Assembly (NCBI GenBank): GCA_049297495.1 | Contig: JBAQUL010000012.1 | Location: 43,616 to 107,615, forward strand | Direction of reading: 5' to 3' | Length of the DNA stretch: 64,000 nt | DNA from: Candidatus Moraniibacteriota bacterium | Lineage (GTDB): Bacteria; Patescibacteriota; Minisyncoccia; Moranbacterales; UBA2206 | Shown here: one piece after another, positions 54,756 to 64,000 of the stretch | How the letters are laid out: the number at the start of each line of letters is the position of its first letter | Numbering within the stretch: position 1 is the stretch's first letter | Position numbers and translations under genes: made by a program | Notes under the pieces: generated by a model | The model's input: only the letters and a program-made list of their open reading frames with translations | Databases searched by the model: none | What the model was told of the DNA's origin: nothing

Positions 54756-55462
54756 TTGTGATTGAATGCAGAAATTTAGTGAAAACCTATATTAATGGCG
54801 ACGTGAAAACCAATGCTTTGAGCGGAGTGTCTTTTGGAATTAAAAAAGGTGAATTTGTTTCAATCATTGGCCCATCTGGTAGTGGAAAATCAACTCTGAT
54901 GCACATTTTGGGTGCGCTAGATTCGCCAACTTCAGGACAATATTTTTTGGATGGATTCGAGGTGTCAAAGTTGGATGATGACGAATTGTCTGATTTAAGG
55001 CGAAATAAAATCGGATTTGTTTTTCAGTCGTTCAATCTCTTGCCAAGGACCACTGTCTTGCGAAACGTTATGCTGCCACTGCTGTATTCTGGAATGCCAC
55101 ATCCAGAGCGAGAAGAAAAAGCCAAAGCCTGCCTGCGTTATGCTGGGATGGAAGAAAGTAAATTTGGCAATCTTTCCAATCAATTGTCCGGTGGACAGAT
55201 GCAGCGGGTAGCGATTGCTCGTGCGCTTATTAATGATCCGGCGATAATCTTGGCGGATGAGCCGACAGGAAATCTGGATACAAAAACCAGCGCAACTGTG
55301 ATGAAAGCTTTTCAGGAATTAAACCAAAAAGGGCACACCATTATTCTTATTACTCACGAAATGGATGTGGCTGATTGTGCTAATCGAATAATCTATGTTC
55401 GTGATGGTGTGATTGAAAAAGATGTTTTAAATAAACCGAAAGACCATTTTTTGCCACAATAG
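54737..55462 (+). CDS. ABC transporter ATP-binding protein (MacB/LolD-like); start likely TTG 54737 or GTG 54758
   Basis: Walker [10 protein letters not shown], signature [15 protein letters not shown], Walker [13 protein letters not shown]-loop ITHE. Confidence 0.9.
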   Translation: MRIENFFVIECRNLVKTYINGDVKTNALSGVSFGIKKGEFVSIIGPSGSGKSTLMHILGALDSPTSGQYFLDGFEVSKLDDDELSDLRRNKIGFVFQSFNLLPRTTVLRNVMLPLLYSGMPHPEREEKAKACLRYAGMEESKFGNLSNQLSGGQMQRVAIARALINDPAIILADEPTGNLDTKTSATVMKAFQELNQKGHTIILITHEMDVADCANRIIYVRDGVIEKDVLNKPKDHFLPQ

Positions 55463-55657
55463 GACTTGCGCATTTACCCGAAAAAAATTCTCAAGAGCGC
55501 GGCGTTCTCATTTCAATGAGTTTTCTGCTGTTTTACTGTAAGTCTTATGTGCTAAGTAAGATAAGTGTGCGAACTTTTTTCGGGCAAACACGCAAGTCAT
55601 GCATAGGTAGTTTCGTTTCTAATTTAAGCGTGAGCTGGCTGACAATATTTTTGTTAC

Positions 55658-56896
55658 ATGCTTCATGCTATATGCTACATGATAGTCGATTTATTAAAAG
55701 AAACAGTCTGGTCACTTGCTGGCAATAAAGTCCGTTCAGGACTAACAATTCTGGGAATTGTAATTGGAATTGCTTCCGTTATCACTATGGTAGCGATTGG
55801 GCAGGGGGCGAAAAATTCAGTTGAGAGCAGCATTGAATCAATCGGATCAAATTTGATCATGATCACGCCAGGAGCACAGAGGGTAGGTGGAATCAATCAG
55901 GGCAGTGGCAGTTCGCAAACACTGACAGTCGAAGACGCAACTGCGATTAAGGATGAAATAATGAACGTGAAAGCAGTCGCTCCATCAGTGACGAAGCGCT
56001 CGCAGCTCACTGCCAAAGGGAATAATACTAATACTCAAATAATCGGGACTAATGCAGACTATTTAGTCGCAAGAAACGTTACAATTGACACCGGATCTTT
56101 TTTTAGCGAACAACAGATGAAAAGTTCGGCGAAAGTTGCAGTCCTTGGTCCAACTACGAGGGATGATTTGTTCGGTGAAAATGTGAATCCGATTGGACAA
56201 ACTATTCGGACGAACAATATGGATTTCCAAGTAATCGGTGTGACAACTTCCAAGGGAGGTTCTGGATTTAGTAATCAAGATGATACTGTGTATGTGCCGC
56301 TAACCAGTGCTCAGCATTATTTGTCCGGAAGTGTCTACGTGAATAATATTAGCGTAGCCGCCGAGGATCAGACTCTGATGGCGTCGGTTCAGGATCAAAT
56401 TTCCGAGCTACTCTTGAAGCGTCATAAGATTAATGATCCAACTCAAGCTGATTTTAGTCTGATGAATCAAAATGATATTATTGCGACGGCAACGAGTATC
56501 ACAGGGACTTTTACTATTTTACTTTCTTCAATTGCCGGAATTTCACTTTTAGTAGGGGGAATTGGCATTATGAATATGATGCTTACGACAGTCACAGAGC
56601 GGACACGAGAAATCGGTCTGCGAAAAGCAGTTGGTGTGAGGAAAATTTACATTAATTTGCAGTTTTTAGCTGAAGCGGTACTGCTAACATTTTTAGGCGG
56701 CGCGATGGGGATACTTCTAGGTTGGGGGGCTTCTGCGCTTATTACTCACTTCGTCAGTAGCTTGACAACTAGTATTTCCATGTCCGCTGTGCTTTTGGCT
56801 TTCGGCGTATCAGCTGGGGTAGGAATTATTTTTGGATTTTACCCTGCCCGCAGAGCGGCAAATTTGAGCCCTATTGAAGCTTTGCGATATGAGTAA
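55658..56896 (+). CDS. ABC transporter permease, MacB/FtsX family (probable start at 55679)
   Basis: N-terminal TM, large periplasmic domain, C-terminal FtsX 3-TM bundle. Confidence 0.8.
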   Translation: MLHAICYMIVDLLKETVWSLAGNKVRSGLTILGIVIGIASVITMVAIGQGAKNSVESSIESIGSNLIMITPGAQRVGGINQGSGSSQTLTVEDATAIKDEIMNVKAVAPSVTKRSQLTAKGNNTNTQIIGTNADYLVARNVTIDTGSFFSEQQMKSSAKVAVLGPTTRDDLFGENVNPIGQTIRTNNMDFQVIGVTTSKGGSGFSNQDDTVYVPLTSAQHYLSGSVYVNNISVAAEDQTLMASVQDQISELLLKRHKINDPTQADFSLMNQNDIIATATSITGTFTILLSSIAGISLLVGGIGIMNMMLTTVTERTREIGLRKAVGVRKIYINLQFLAEAVLLTFLGGAMGILLGWGASALITHFVSSLTTSISMSAVLLAFGVSAGVGIIFGFYPARRAANLSPIEALRYE

Positions 56897-56903
56897 CAAG
56901 CAA

Positions 56904-57044
56904 ATGTCATCCTGAGCGAAGTCCGTACCCGGACGAAGTCGAAGGATCTGCTTGCGGTTATCGCAGGTTATATAAACATAGCCAAAGCTTGCGGTGGTGG
57001 ATAGTAGATTCTTCGACTCCGCTGCGCTACACTCAGAATGACAA
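56904..57044. repeat. MITE-like palindromic element, family A copy 2 (tgtcatcctgagcgaagtccgtacccggacg ... cgctacactcagaatgaca)
   Basis: Near-identical termini and internal hairpin arms to 6087-6225; located immediately after the permease stop. Confidence 0.75.
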
Positions 57045-57094
57045 TATTTTTTTTGTGAGGCATTTATTTTTAACTAATCAATAATTCTAAAATT

Positions 57095-57544
57095 ATGAAC
57101 AAAAAAAAGCACATTATGGCGATGACGGGTGTTATTATCCTTATTGCCGGAGGAATGTTTTATGGCGGAATGTTGTATGGGAAAAAAGTTGCCGTTAAGG
57201 CTGCTTCTCAGTCTGAGCCAGTTTTTGGCAGAGGTATGGGAAATAGAGCTGGAGGCGCGAATGGGGGAGTTATGGGAGGTCAGCGAGGACTAGCCGGCGC
57301 TGGCTTTTCTGCTGGTCAGATTATTTCAAAAGATGATACCAGCATCACTATCAAAAGTCGTGATGGCGGATCGAAGATCGTGTACTATTCCTCTACAACT
57401 TCAATTGGAAAAACAGCTCCTGGAGCTGCCTTAGATCTCCTTGTGGGTGAGGATGTGATGGTAACTGGGACAAGCAGTGCGGATGGCAGCATTGCTGCGG
57501 AAAACATCCAAATTAGGCCAGCTCAGTCGGACCAAAAAAAATAA
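57095..57544 (+). CDS. Membrane-anchored protein with Gly-rich linker and beta-rich C-terminal domain; paralog of 52900-53454
   Basis: N-terminal TM, GMGNRAGGANGGVMGGQRG linker, C-terminal domain alignable to the 52900 ORF. Confidence 0.45.
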   Translation: MNKKKHIMAMTGVIILIAGGMFYGGMLYGKKVAVKAASQSEPVFGRGMGNRAGGANGGVMGGQRGLAGAGFSAGQIISKDDTSITIKSRDGGSKIVYYSSTTSIGKTAPGAALDLLVGEDVMVTGTSSADGSIAAENIQIRPAQSDQKK

Positions 57545-57564
57545 AGTCAACCAAAATTAAATGG

Positions 57565-58620
57565 CTAAAGAATTGGGTGAAGAATTTTGAGAATGGTTGA
57601 TGTGAGATAATCACTGATTTTCATCTTATATCTCTTTGGTTCAAATTTTGTGGAATGCTTTTTCCAGCTAATTATGACTTGCTCCAATTCTTGGAGCAAT
57701 TTTTTTTCGCGGAAAAAAACTCCTACTTCTGCGTTGAGTTCAAAAGAAAGCATGTCCATATTTTGCGATCCAATCAGGCCCTCGGCCTTATCGATAATAA
57801 GTAATTTTGAATGGTTCATGGTTTTTGGTAAGAAAAATTTTATGCCCAATGGATGCAGGATATGCATGTAGCGATAATTCAGGAGATCCATGATGGGCCA
57901 GTCTACTTTCTTGGGAACAAGAATTTCCACTGTGACTCCTCGTCTTATTGCATCATCCAAAAGAGAAATCAACCAACGTGGCGGCGTGAAATAGGGCGTG
58001 GCAATTTGAATGCACTCTTTTGCTCCGGAAATTTTTTCAATATAGTGCTTTTTAAGGGTGTAGATATTTCTTGTCGGCCAATGTTCGAGGAGCCAAAACT
58101 TTAGCTTGCTCGTGAATTTTTTTTGGTGGTAGTGAAGAATCTTTTCATTTTTTCCGCCGGCCATCGTATAGGTATAGGCGAAAGATTGGAGAAGACTCTT
58201 TACAACTCTGCCTCGCAGTTCCAGCTGGAGGTCATTCCAATTTTTAAAGCGCTTGCCAATGTTTACTCCGCCAATAAAAGCGATTTTTTCATCGACAATT
58301 AGGATTTTGCGATGGATATGACGAAGCCAGTGACTGAAAAAGATGAATTCTATACCTGATTTTGTGATTGTTTTTGCTATCTCTTCCTTGAGGAGTTTAC
58401 TGCCGAAGGCGTCGGCAACAATTACGACGCGCACGCCCCTTTTGGCTTTAGCTCTCAGTTTTCCGATGAAATTATGGCTTCTTTTGGTGTCATCAAGAAA
58501 GATATACATTTCGATGTAGATGGATTTTTGGGCGCTATCGATGGCACTAAGCATTGCATCCCAAGCTTTTAGTGATGTTGTATGAAGGCGATATTTCATT
58601 TTGCAAAAAAAGAATTTCAA
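57565..58620 (-). CDS. Phospholipase D-family protein with two HKD motifs (cardiolipin-synthase/PLD-like)
   Basis: HRKILIVDEKIAFIGGVN and HSKLLIIDKAEGLIGSQN HxKxxxxD motifs. Confidence 0.75.
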   Translation of the reverse strand: MKFFFCKMKYRLHTTSLKAWDAMLSAIDSAQKSIYIEMYIFLDDTKRSHNFIGKLRAKAKRGVRVVIVADAFGSKLLKEEIAKTITKSGIEFIFFSHWLRHIHRKILIVDEKIAFIGGVNIGKRFKNWNDLQLELRGRVVKSLLQSFAYTYTMAGGKNEKILHYHQKKFTSKLKFWLLEHWPTRNIYTLKKHYIEKISGAKECIQIATPYFTPPRWLISLLDDAIRRGVTVEILVPKKVDWPIMDLLNYRYMHILHPLGIKFFLPKTMNHSKLLIIDKAEGLIGSQNMDMLSFELNAEVGVFFREKKLLQELEQVIISWKKHSTKFEPKRYKMKISDYLTSTILKILHPIL

Positions 58621-58743
58621 AAGCTGAGTTTACTCTAGCATATTCGGGGAAAAATAAAAAATTATGACTTACGCCTAAGTCTTGAAAATATTAAAGTTGC
58701 TTGCCGAATTGCGGATTTGTGATAGAATATAGACGTTAGATTC

Positions 58744-60642
58744 TTGTGTAAAAAAGATAAGAGTATGAATAATCAGGGCAAAACTAGTTGGCTCTCACTT
58801 TCAGTATTTGGAAAAGATGTATACCTTTTTTTTGTAAAAGATGATTTGAAAAGTGGACCAATTGAAATTCTGAAAAGTTCAAATGGCATAGACTTTAGCC
58901 ATGTGAACCAAAGAATGATTTTCAAAAATAAAATATTCGGCCTAGGAAACAAATTTGATATTGAAAAAGGTTTCAAGATATCGAAAATAAAGGATGGATA
59001 TTTTCTCTCCTACCAGAAGCTGGGAAAAATCTTGGGAGCAATATCCCAAGATGGTCTGTGTTGGAAAAAAATAGGCATAACTGAAAATATTAAGAACTGT
59101 GGCCTAGTGATTGAAACGAGTGTTCCCTCAGAAGAGTATCTTATGTTTTTCGGCGAGCGCCAAGTGCGCGTTGCGACCTCAAGCGATTTAGTTAGGTGGG
59201 ACATCAAGCGTTCCGCTTTTTTGCATACGCGCGATGGTTATTTCGATAGCCAATCGCTTTCGGTGGTGAGTGTTTTTTCTTCACAAGAAGGGATGGTTTT
59301 GCTTTATACAGCGATAGATACGGCCTATAAGTTGAGTTTGGGGGCTGCAATTATCGATAAAACGGATTATCGCAAAATATTGTGGCGTTCGAAGCGACCT
59401 ATCTGGACGCAGCCGAGAGAATGGAAAGGTGGCGAGATAAATTTTGTGGGAAGTTATTATCAGGGGAAAAGACTGCTCGTGTATTGGGATTTTTGTGGAG
59501 AGCTTAAGGCTGTTTCAATCGCCAATACCTGGACAGTTTCGAGTCGCGCAAAAAGTGCGAAGAAAAAAATTCCAAAGCTTCAAAAATTGCCCAAATTGCC
59601 GAAAGCGTTAAAGTTGCAGGAATTTTCCAGTCAGCTTGAACTTGCAAAGCATGAAAACAATCCTATTATCGGACCAATTGAGGAGCATGCTTGGGAATCT
59701 CGCGAAACGTTCAATCCAGCGGCGGTTTATCTTAAGGGAAAGGTTCATTTGCTCTATCGTGCTTTGGGAGAAAAAGGCATATCGGTATTGGGCTATGCGG
59801 CAAGTGAGGATGGGATTAATATTGACGAGAGATTGAAGAAGCCTGTTTATGCTCCAATGCAACCATTTGAGTATGGTGGCACAAAAAAAGCTAACCACTG
59901 CTATCCCTATAGCTCGGGAGGGAGTTGGAGTGGTTGTGAAGACCCGCGCCTTTCCGTTATTGGAAGGCGGATATATATGACCTATGTGGCTTTTAATGGA
60001 TCTTGTCCACCAGGCGTTGCGTTGACATCGATTAGTGTCAAAGATTTCCTGGCTAAAAATTGGAATTGGAAAATTCCCAAGCTCATTTCGAAACCAGGCG
60101 AAATTCAGAAAAATTGGGTAGTTTTCCCGGAAAAAATAAACGGTAAATTTGCTATTTTACATAGTATCTCTCCGAGTGTGTCAATCGATTATTTCGATTC
60201 GCTAGATGATAAAAAAATTACAATTGAAAGTTATCATAACAACAAATCGGATGATACGCGTTGGGATAATATTTTGCGTGGCGTTGGATCGCCACCAATT
60301 AAAACAGACTATGGCTGGCTGGTTTTTTATCACGCCATGGATAGGCGCGACCCTAATCGCTATAAGGTTGGTGCGATGATTTTAGACTATCAAAATCCAG
60401 AGAAGATTCTCCATCGTTCTTCGCAACCAATTTTGGAGCCGGTTGAGAAATATGAAAATGAAGGCTCAAAATCCGGTGTTGTTTATGTTTGCGGATCAAT
60501 CGTGAAAGACGAAAAAATTTATGTTTACTATGGTGGTGCAGATAGATTTACTTGCGTGGCAACGGCATCGGTGCAAGAGTTTCTTTTGGCGCTTATTAAT
60601 TCATCAAAAACCACTCCTTTTATCAGATTGGCTGTGGCATAA
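58744..60642 (+). CDS. Protein with two tandem GH130-like (DUF377, beta-propeller glycoside phosphorylase/hydrolase family) domains; N-terminal copy degenerate
   Basis: C-terminal half has FNPAAV...LLYRA and GCEDPRL motifs of GH130; low-complexity PKLQKLPKLPKALKL linker between halves. Confidence 0.6.
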   Translation: MCKKDKSMNNQGKTSWLSLSVFGKDVYLFFVKDDLKSGPIEILKSSNGIDFSHVNQRMIFKNKIFGLGNKFDIEKGFKISKIKDGYFLSYQKLGKILGAISQDGLCWKKIGITENIKNCGLVIETSVPSEEYLMFFGERQVRVATSSDLVRWDIKRSAFLHTRDGYFDSQSLSVVSVFSSQEGMVLLYTAIDTAYKLSLGAAIIDKTDYRKILWRSKRPIWTQPREWKGGEINFVGSYYQGKRLLVYWDFCGELKAVSIANTWTVSSRAKSAKKKIPKLQKLPKLPKALKLQEFSSQLELAKHENNPIIGPIEEHAWESRETFNPAAVYLKGKVHLLYRALGEKGISVLGYAASEDGINIDERLKKPVYAPMQPFEYGGTKKANHCYPYSSGGSWSGCEDPRLSVIGRRIYMTYVAFNGSCPPGVALTSISVKDFLAKNWNWKIPKLISKPGEIQKNWVVFPEKINGKFAILHSISPSVSIDYFDSLDDKKITIESYHNNKSDDTRWDNILRGVGSPPIKTDYGWLVFYHAMDRRDPNRYKVGAMILDYQNPEKILHRSSQPILEPVEKYENEGSKSGVVYVCGSIVKDEKIYVYYGGADRFTCVATASVQEFLLALINSSKTTPFIRLAVA

Positions 60643-60653
60643 CAATAAAAAAC

Positions 60654-62558
60654 ATGCTTATTATCAATCGTTCTTCTGAAAATCCTATCCTCGTTGGTGA
60701 GAGCCATAGTCCCTGGGAAGCAGAAGGGGCGTTTAACGGTTGTCCAATAAAAAATACCGCTGGGTATCATCTGTTCTACCGAGCACTATCCTCACCGATT
60801 TTGCGACATGGTGTTGTTTTAGAAGTTTCTTCTATTGGACATGCTGTTGGCAAAGATGGTATCCATTTCAAAAAACATCAGCAATTTATTGCACCAGAAT
60901 ACAACTGGGAACAATTTGGCTGTGAAGATCCTCGCGTGGTCAAGCTGAATAATAAATACTATATTTTTTATACAGCCCTTTCTTCCTATCCTTTTGGTCC
61001 AGAGGGGATCAGTGTCGGTCTTGCCATTTCCAAAGATCTCAAAAAAATTGATGCCAAGCATCATGTTACGCCATTTAATGCCAAAGCCATGTCACTCTTT
61101 CCTGCGAAAATCAAGGGGAAAATGGCGGCGCTATTGACGGCGAACACTGATCGCCCACCTGCAAAAATTGCTTTGGCGATTTTTGATAAAGAGGAAGATC
61201 TTTGGTCGGAAGAATTGTGGAGTAAGTGGTATGAAAATCTGGATGAACATGTCGTACCCTTGCAGCGAGATCCGGAGGATCATATTGAGCTCGGTGCTCC
61301 TCCAATCAAAACGAAAGATGGATGGCTTTTGGTTTATTCATATATCAAAGACTACCTAAATGAGAGAAGGACGTTTGGAATTGAAGCGGCGCTATTGGAC
61401 CTGGATGATCCCCGAAAGATATTAGGGCGAACAGAGATGCCTTTTATGGTTCCTGAAGAGGAATATGAAATGTATGGAAAAGTTCCTAATATAATTTTTC
61501 CTTCTGGTGCTTTGGTTGATGGCAAAAAACTGCGGATTTATTATGGCGCGGCGGACACAACTTGTTGTGAAGCTAGTTGTGATCTGGCAGAGTTACTTTC
61601 TGAAATGAAGGAAAAAAAAGATGACCATCTATTGCTCAAGCGTTATTCCGGTAATCCCATTTTGGAACCGATTGCGGGAAATAATTGGGAGAGCAAGGCG
61701 GTTTTCAATCCAGCCGCAATCAGGGAGAAAGGCGTGACGCATATTCTTTATCGCGCAACGTCTTCCGACGACACTTCTTCCATTGGGTATGCTTCCAGCC
61801 TTGATGGTTTGCATATTGATGAACGCTTGTCTTTGCCAATTTATGCTCCAAGAGAGTCATTTGAGCAAAAAATACAGGGGGGAAATTCCGGTTGCGAGGA
61901 CCCGCGTGTCACAAAGATTGGCAGTAAAATCTATATGTGCTACACAGCCGTAGACGCCCTAAATCCTCCGCAGGTCGCACTGACATCGATCAAAGTGAGT
62001 GATTTTGTGGCAAAAAAATGGAATTGGGAAAAATCAAAATTAATTTCTCCTCCTGGCTTTGATGATAAAGATGTGTGCATCCTGCCCGAAAAGGTGCGAG
62101 GCAAATACGTGATTTTTCACCGGATCCAACCATCAATCGATATCAATTTTTTTGATGATTTGAAATTTGAAGGGGGAAAGATGTTGGAGCAAAATCCAAT
62201 TTTATTGCCTCGGAAAGGTATGTGGGATAATAAAAAAATTGGCATAAACACAGTTCCCTTGAAAACTAAAAAAGGTTGGCTCATGCTCTATCATGGAGTG
62301 TCCGAAGAAGACAGCGTATATAAGATTGGCGCAGTGCTTCTTGCCCTCAATGATCCAGGAAAAGTTTTGGCGAGAACAAAATTTCCTATTCTCGAACCGG
62401 AAATGCTTTATGAAAAAGTTGGCGTGGTGCCAAACGTTGTTTTTCCTTGCGGGATGGTGGCCATAAATTCCAAGTTATTTGTTTATTATGGGGGGGCGGA
62501 CAAGGTTGTTGGCGTGGCGACGATGGATCTCAATAAACTTTTAAAAAGTTTGGTTTGA
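60654..62558 (+). CDS. Protein with two tandem GH130-like domains (paralog of the preceding gene)
   Basis: Both halves carry the GH130 signatures (YHLFYRA / GCEDPRV; FNPAAIREKGVTHILYRA / GCEDPRVT). Confidence 0.65.
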   Translation: MLIINRSSENPILVGESHSPWEAEGAFNGCPIKNTAGYHLFYRALSSPILRHGVVLEVSSIGHAVGKDGIHFKKHQQFIAPEYNWEQFGCEDPRVVKLNNKYYIFYTALSSYPFGPEGISVGLAISKDLKKIDAKHHVTPFNAKAMSLFPAKIKGKMAALLTANTDRPPAKIALAIFDKEEDLWSEELWSKWYENLDEHVVPLQRDPEDHIELGAPPIKTKDGWLLVYSYIKDYLNERRTFGIEAALLDLDDPRKILGRTEMPFMVPEEEYEMYGKVPNIIFPSGALVDGKKLRIYYGAADTTCCEASCDLAELLSEMKEKKDDHLLLKRYSGNPILEPIAGNNWESKAVFNPAAIREKGVTHILYRATSSDDTSSIGYASSLDGLHIDERLSLPIYAPRESFEQKIQGGNSGCEDPRVTKIGSKIYMCYTAVDALNPPQVALTSIKVSDFVAKKWNWEKSKLISPPGFDDKDVCILPEKVRGKYVIFHRIQPSIDINFFDDLKFEGGKMLEQNPILLPRKGMWDNKKIGINTVPLKTKKGWLMLYHGVSEEDSVYKIGAVLLALNDPGKVLARTKFPILEPEMLYEKVGVVPNVVFPCGMVAINSKLFVYYGGADKVVGVATMDLNKLLKSLV

Positions 62559-62582
62559 TAATTAATTTTAAACTTATGAATT

Positions 62583-63638
62583 ATGCAATTTAGAAATTAC
62601 AACGTCTATTTCTTTTTTCTCGCTCTGGCAGGGATATCTGTTTTGACCTATTTTATCGTGGAGCCCTTTTTGGTTTCTTTCTTAATCGCGGCAATTCTGG
62701 CGCATCTTTTTAATCCTGTATATAACTATCTGCTAAGGGGAGTTCGGAAGAAGGGCGCCAGTTCTTTTTTAACATGTCTAATTATCGCGCTAATTATTGT
62801 TGTGCCGATTTTAGTGGTACTCTCGCTGGTTGTGGATGAAATTCAGGGTATTTTGAATAATTTTAGTATGAATCCGGACAGTATTAGAAAAGCGGTTAGT
62901 GTTTTGGGAGAAAACTTGAAGACTATCCCAATTCTAGAAAATTTTGATTTGGAAAGTAAGATCAATCAAGAATCCATAACGCTTGGTGTTAAAAGTCTTT
63001 CGCAATATACATTGACTATCCTGCAGGGGACATATAACGGTGTAGCTCACTTTGTGTTTGTGACGTTTATTATGTTTTTTTCTTTGTTTTATCTTTTTAT
63101 CGACGGAGCGAGTTTAGTGAAAAAAATAATGCGACTCAGTCCTTTGCAGGATAAATATGAAAAAGTACTCATTGATAAATTCAATTCCATAACGAGAGCA
63201 ACTATCAAAGGTACAACGATCATTGCTATCATCCAGGGTTTATTAGGTGGCATACTATTCGCCCTGACCGGTGTTCCATCTCCGGTTCTTTTGGGAATCT
63301 TGATGACTGTCTCCTCGGTTATTCCGTCTTTTGGCTCGGGCTTAGTTTGGCTGCCTGTCGGTATTCTTATGTTAGTTTCCGGCTATTTTACTCAGGGCAT
63401 TATCATTTTGCTTGTTGGCGGGTTTGTGATCAGTATGATTGACAATTTTATTCGACCAAAATTAGTTGGAAGAGACACTCAGATGCACCCACTGATGATT
63501 CTTTTTTCCACTATTGGGGGCATTGCTTTTTTTGGAATCTCCGGTTTTATCGTTGGCCCAATCATTATGTCGCTTTTTATGGCTTTCTGGGATATTTACG
63601 CGTTGGAATTTAAGGCGCAGTTGAAGGAATATAACTAA
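62583..63638 (+). CDS. AI-2E family transporter (PerM/UPF0118-like permease)
   Basis: 351 aa, about 8 TM helices with the long TM1-TM2 periplasmic loop typical of the family. Confidence 0.5.
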   Translation: MQFRNYNVYFFFLALAGISVLTYFIVEPFLVSFLIAAILAHLFNPVYNYLLRGVRKKGASSFLTCLIIALIIVVPILVVLSLVVDEIQGILNNFSMNPDSIRKAVSVLGENLKTIPILENFDLESKINQESITLGVKSLSQYTLTILQGTYNGVAHFVFVTFIMFFSLFYLFIDGASLVKKIMRLSPLQDKYEKVLIDKFNSITRATIKGTTIIAIIQGLLGGILFALTGVPSPVLLGILMTVSSVIPSFGSGLVWLPVGILMLVSGYFTQGIIILLVGGFVISMIDNFIRPKLVGRDTQMHPLMILFSTIGGIAFFGISGFIVGPIIMSLFMAFWDIYALEFKAQLKEYN

Positions 63639-63658
63639 ATTACAAAAAATGGAAAATT

Positions 63659-63700
63659 AAAGACCATTCCACCCGCATGCGGATGAAATGGTCTTTTCTA
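63659..63700. terminator. Bidirectional terminator hairpin (aagaccatt ... ccgcatgcgg ... aatggtctttt) between convergent genes
   Basis: Seen in sequence; nested perfect palindrome ccgcatgcgg. Confidence 0.6.
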
Positions 63701-63719
63701 ATCGGTTTCTCAGGCCGAA

Positions 63720-63965
63720 TTAGCCTTCTTTTTCGGTGGCGGGTGTTTCCGCCTCGGGGCCGTCGATTTTGATCTTTTTGCAGGCGCAGCCTCCGCCACA
63801 CGGGGGAGTGACCGCTGTTTTTTCGCCGCTGTTGTCGTAATCCATATTGGCAGTTTCGGCGCCGGAAGGTGATTTAGGAAGAAGAATTTCCGTAAGCTGC
63901 TGAATCATATCCGCCGGCTCTTTTCCGGAGCGGAGAATCTTTCTGGCGTCGTCAATCAGTATCAT
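63720..63965 (-). CDS. Small hypothetical protein with a Cys-rich segment (PPCGGGCACKK)
   Basis: 81 aa ORF on the minus strand; window ends shortly upstream, so its start is uncertain. Confidence 0.25.
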   Translation of the reverse strand: MILIDDARKILRSGKEPADMIQQLTEILLPKSPSGAETANMDYDNSGEKTAVTPPCGGGCACKKIKIDGPEAETPATEKEG

Positions 63966-64000
63966 GCAAATGCCATTTGTGTTCGAAGCTGCTCTTAAGT

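Noticed and set aside
55516-55728. 70-aa ORF in the gap between the ABC ATPase and permease genes
   Set aside because: Cys/Phe-rich low-complexity translation, overlaps the permease start in another frame, no RBS; the gap itself is noted as possibly regulatory instead.
1-64000. CRISPR arrays, rRNA and tRNA genes
   Set aside because: No direct-repeat/spacer periodicity seen anywhere; no region with rRNA-like conservation or tRNA cloverleaf was found in the intergenic regions over 100 bp that I inspected by eye.

Overview
Low-GC fragment (about 38% GC by eye), densely coding with small compact genes, weak Shine-Dalgarno usage and many glycosyltransferases. The gene content (split ribosomal operons, short ProRS, many DUF/glycan genes) looks most like a Candidate Phyla Radiation / Patescibacteria-type genome, though that is an inference from gene content. 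Layout of the window: (i) 169-8104, a minus-strand cell-envelope glycan cluster running from a priming sugar transferase through three GT4-type transferases and an O-antigen-ligase-like membrane protein to a radical SAM/SPASM enzyme and an APH-fold kinase. (ii) 8306-13074, a secreted protein with a strong promoter, a DUF4012-like protein, a membrane beta-propeller protein and a membrane-anchored hypothetical. (iii) 13266-30379, khpA-trmD followed by a division/cell-wall block ftsW-murG-murC-murB that is interrupted twice. One interruption is a 7.4 kb island of phosphotransfer enzymes: a PPDK_N ATP-grasp plus phosphohistidine swivel protein, a second swivel-domain protein, a relic third swivel fragment, two PGAM-like histidine phosphatases, an APH-like kinase and a DinD/Bro-N-like protein. 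The other interruption carries a COG1943 RAYT/IS200-like HUH transposase, a P-type Ca-ATPase and a small membrane ORF. (iv) 30455-33932, hpf, a candidate sRNA, proS and another APH-like kinase. (v) 34141-48077, a second glycan locus (nucleotide-sugar dehydrogenase, UDPGP-like pyrophosphorylase, GT4s, a DUF4012 paralog, a GT39/PMT-like membrane glycosyltransferase, epimerase, Wzx-like flippase, GT2 polyprenol-P sugar synthase). (vi) 48191-49746, rpsP-rplJ-rplL. (vii) 50404-57544, rmuC and an ECF sigma/anti-sigma plus MacAB-like efflux module bracketed by two paralogous membrane-anchored proteins. (viii) 57565-63638, a PLD-like protein, two tandem double-GH130 proteins and an AI-2E transporter. 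Non-coding structure of note: a MITE-like element family with conserved termini TGTCATCC...GAATGACA (three copies), a second REP-like imperfect-palindrome family (two copies) whose arm resembles the classical CATCCGGCCTAC REP arm, a GTAG-containing 23-bp palindrome abutting the RAYT gene, a 48-bp perfect palindrome inside the RAYT CDS, and several intrinsic terminators and sigma70-like promoters. No rRNA, tRNA or CRISPR array was recognised.
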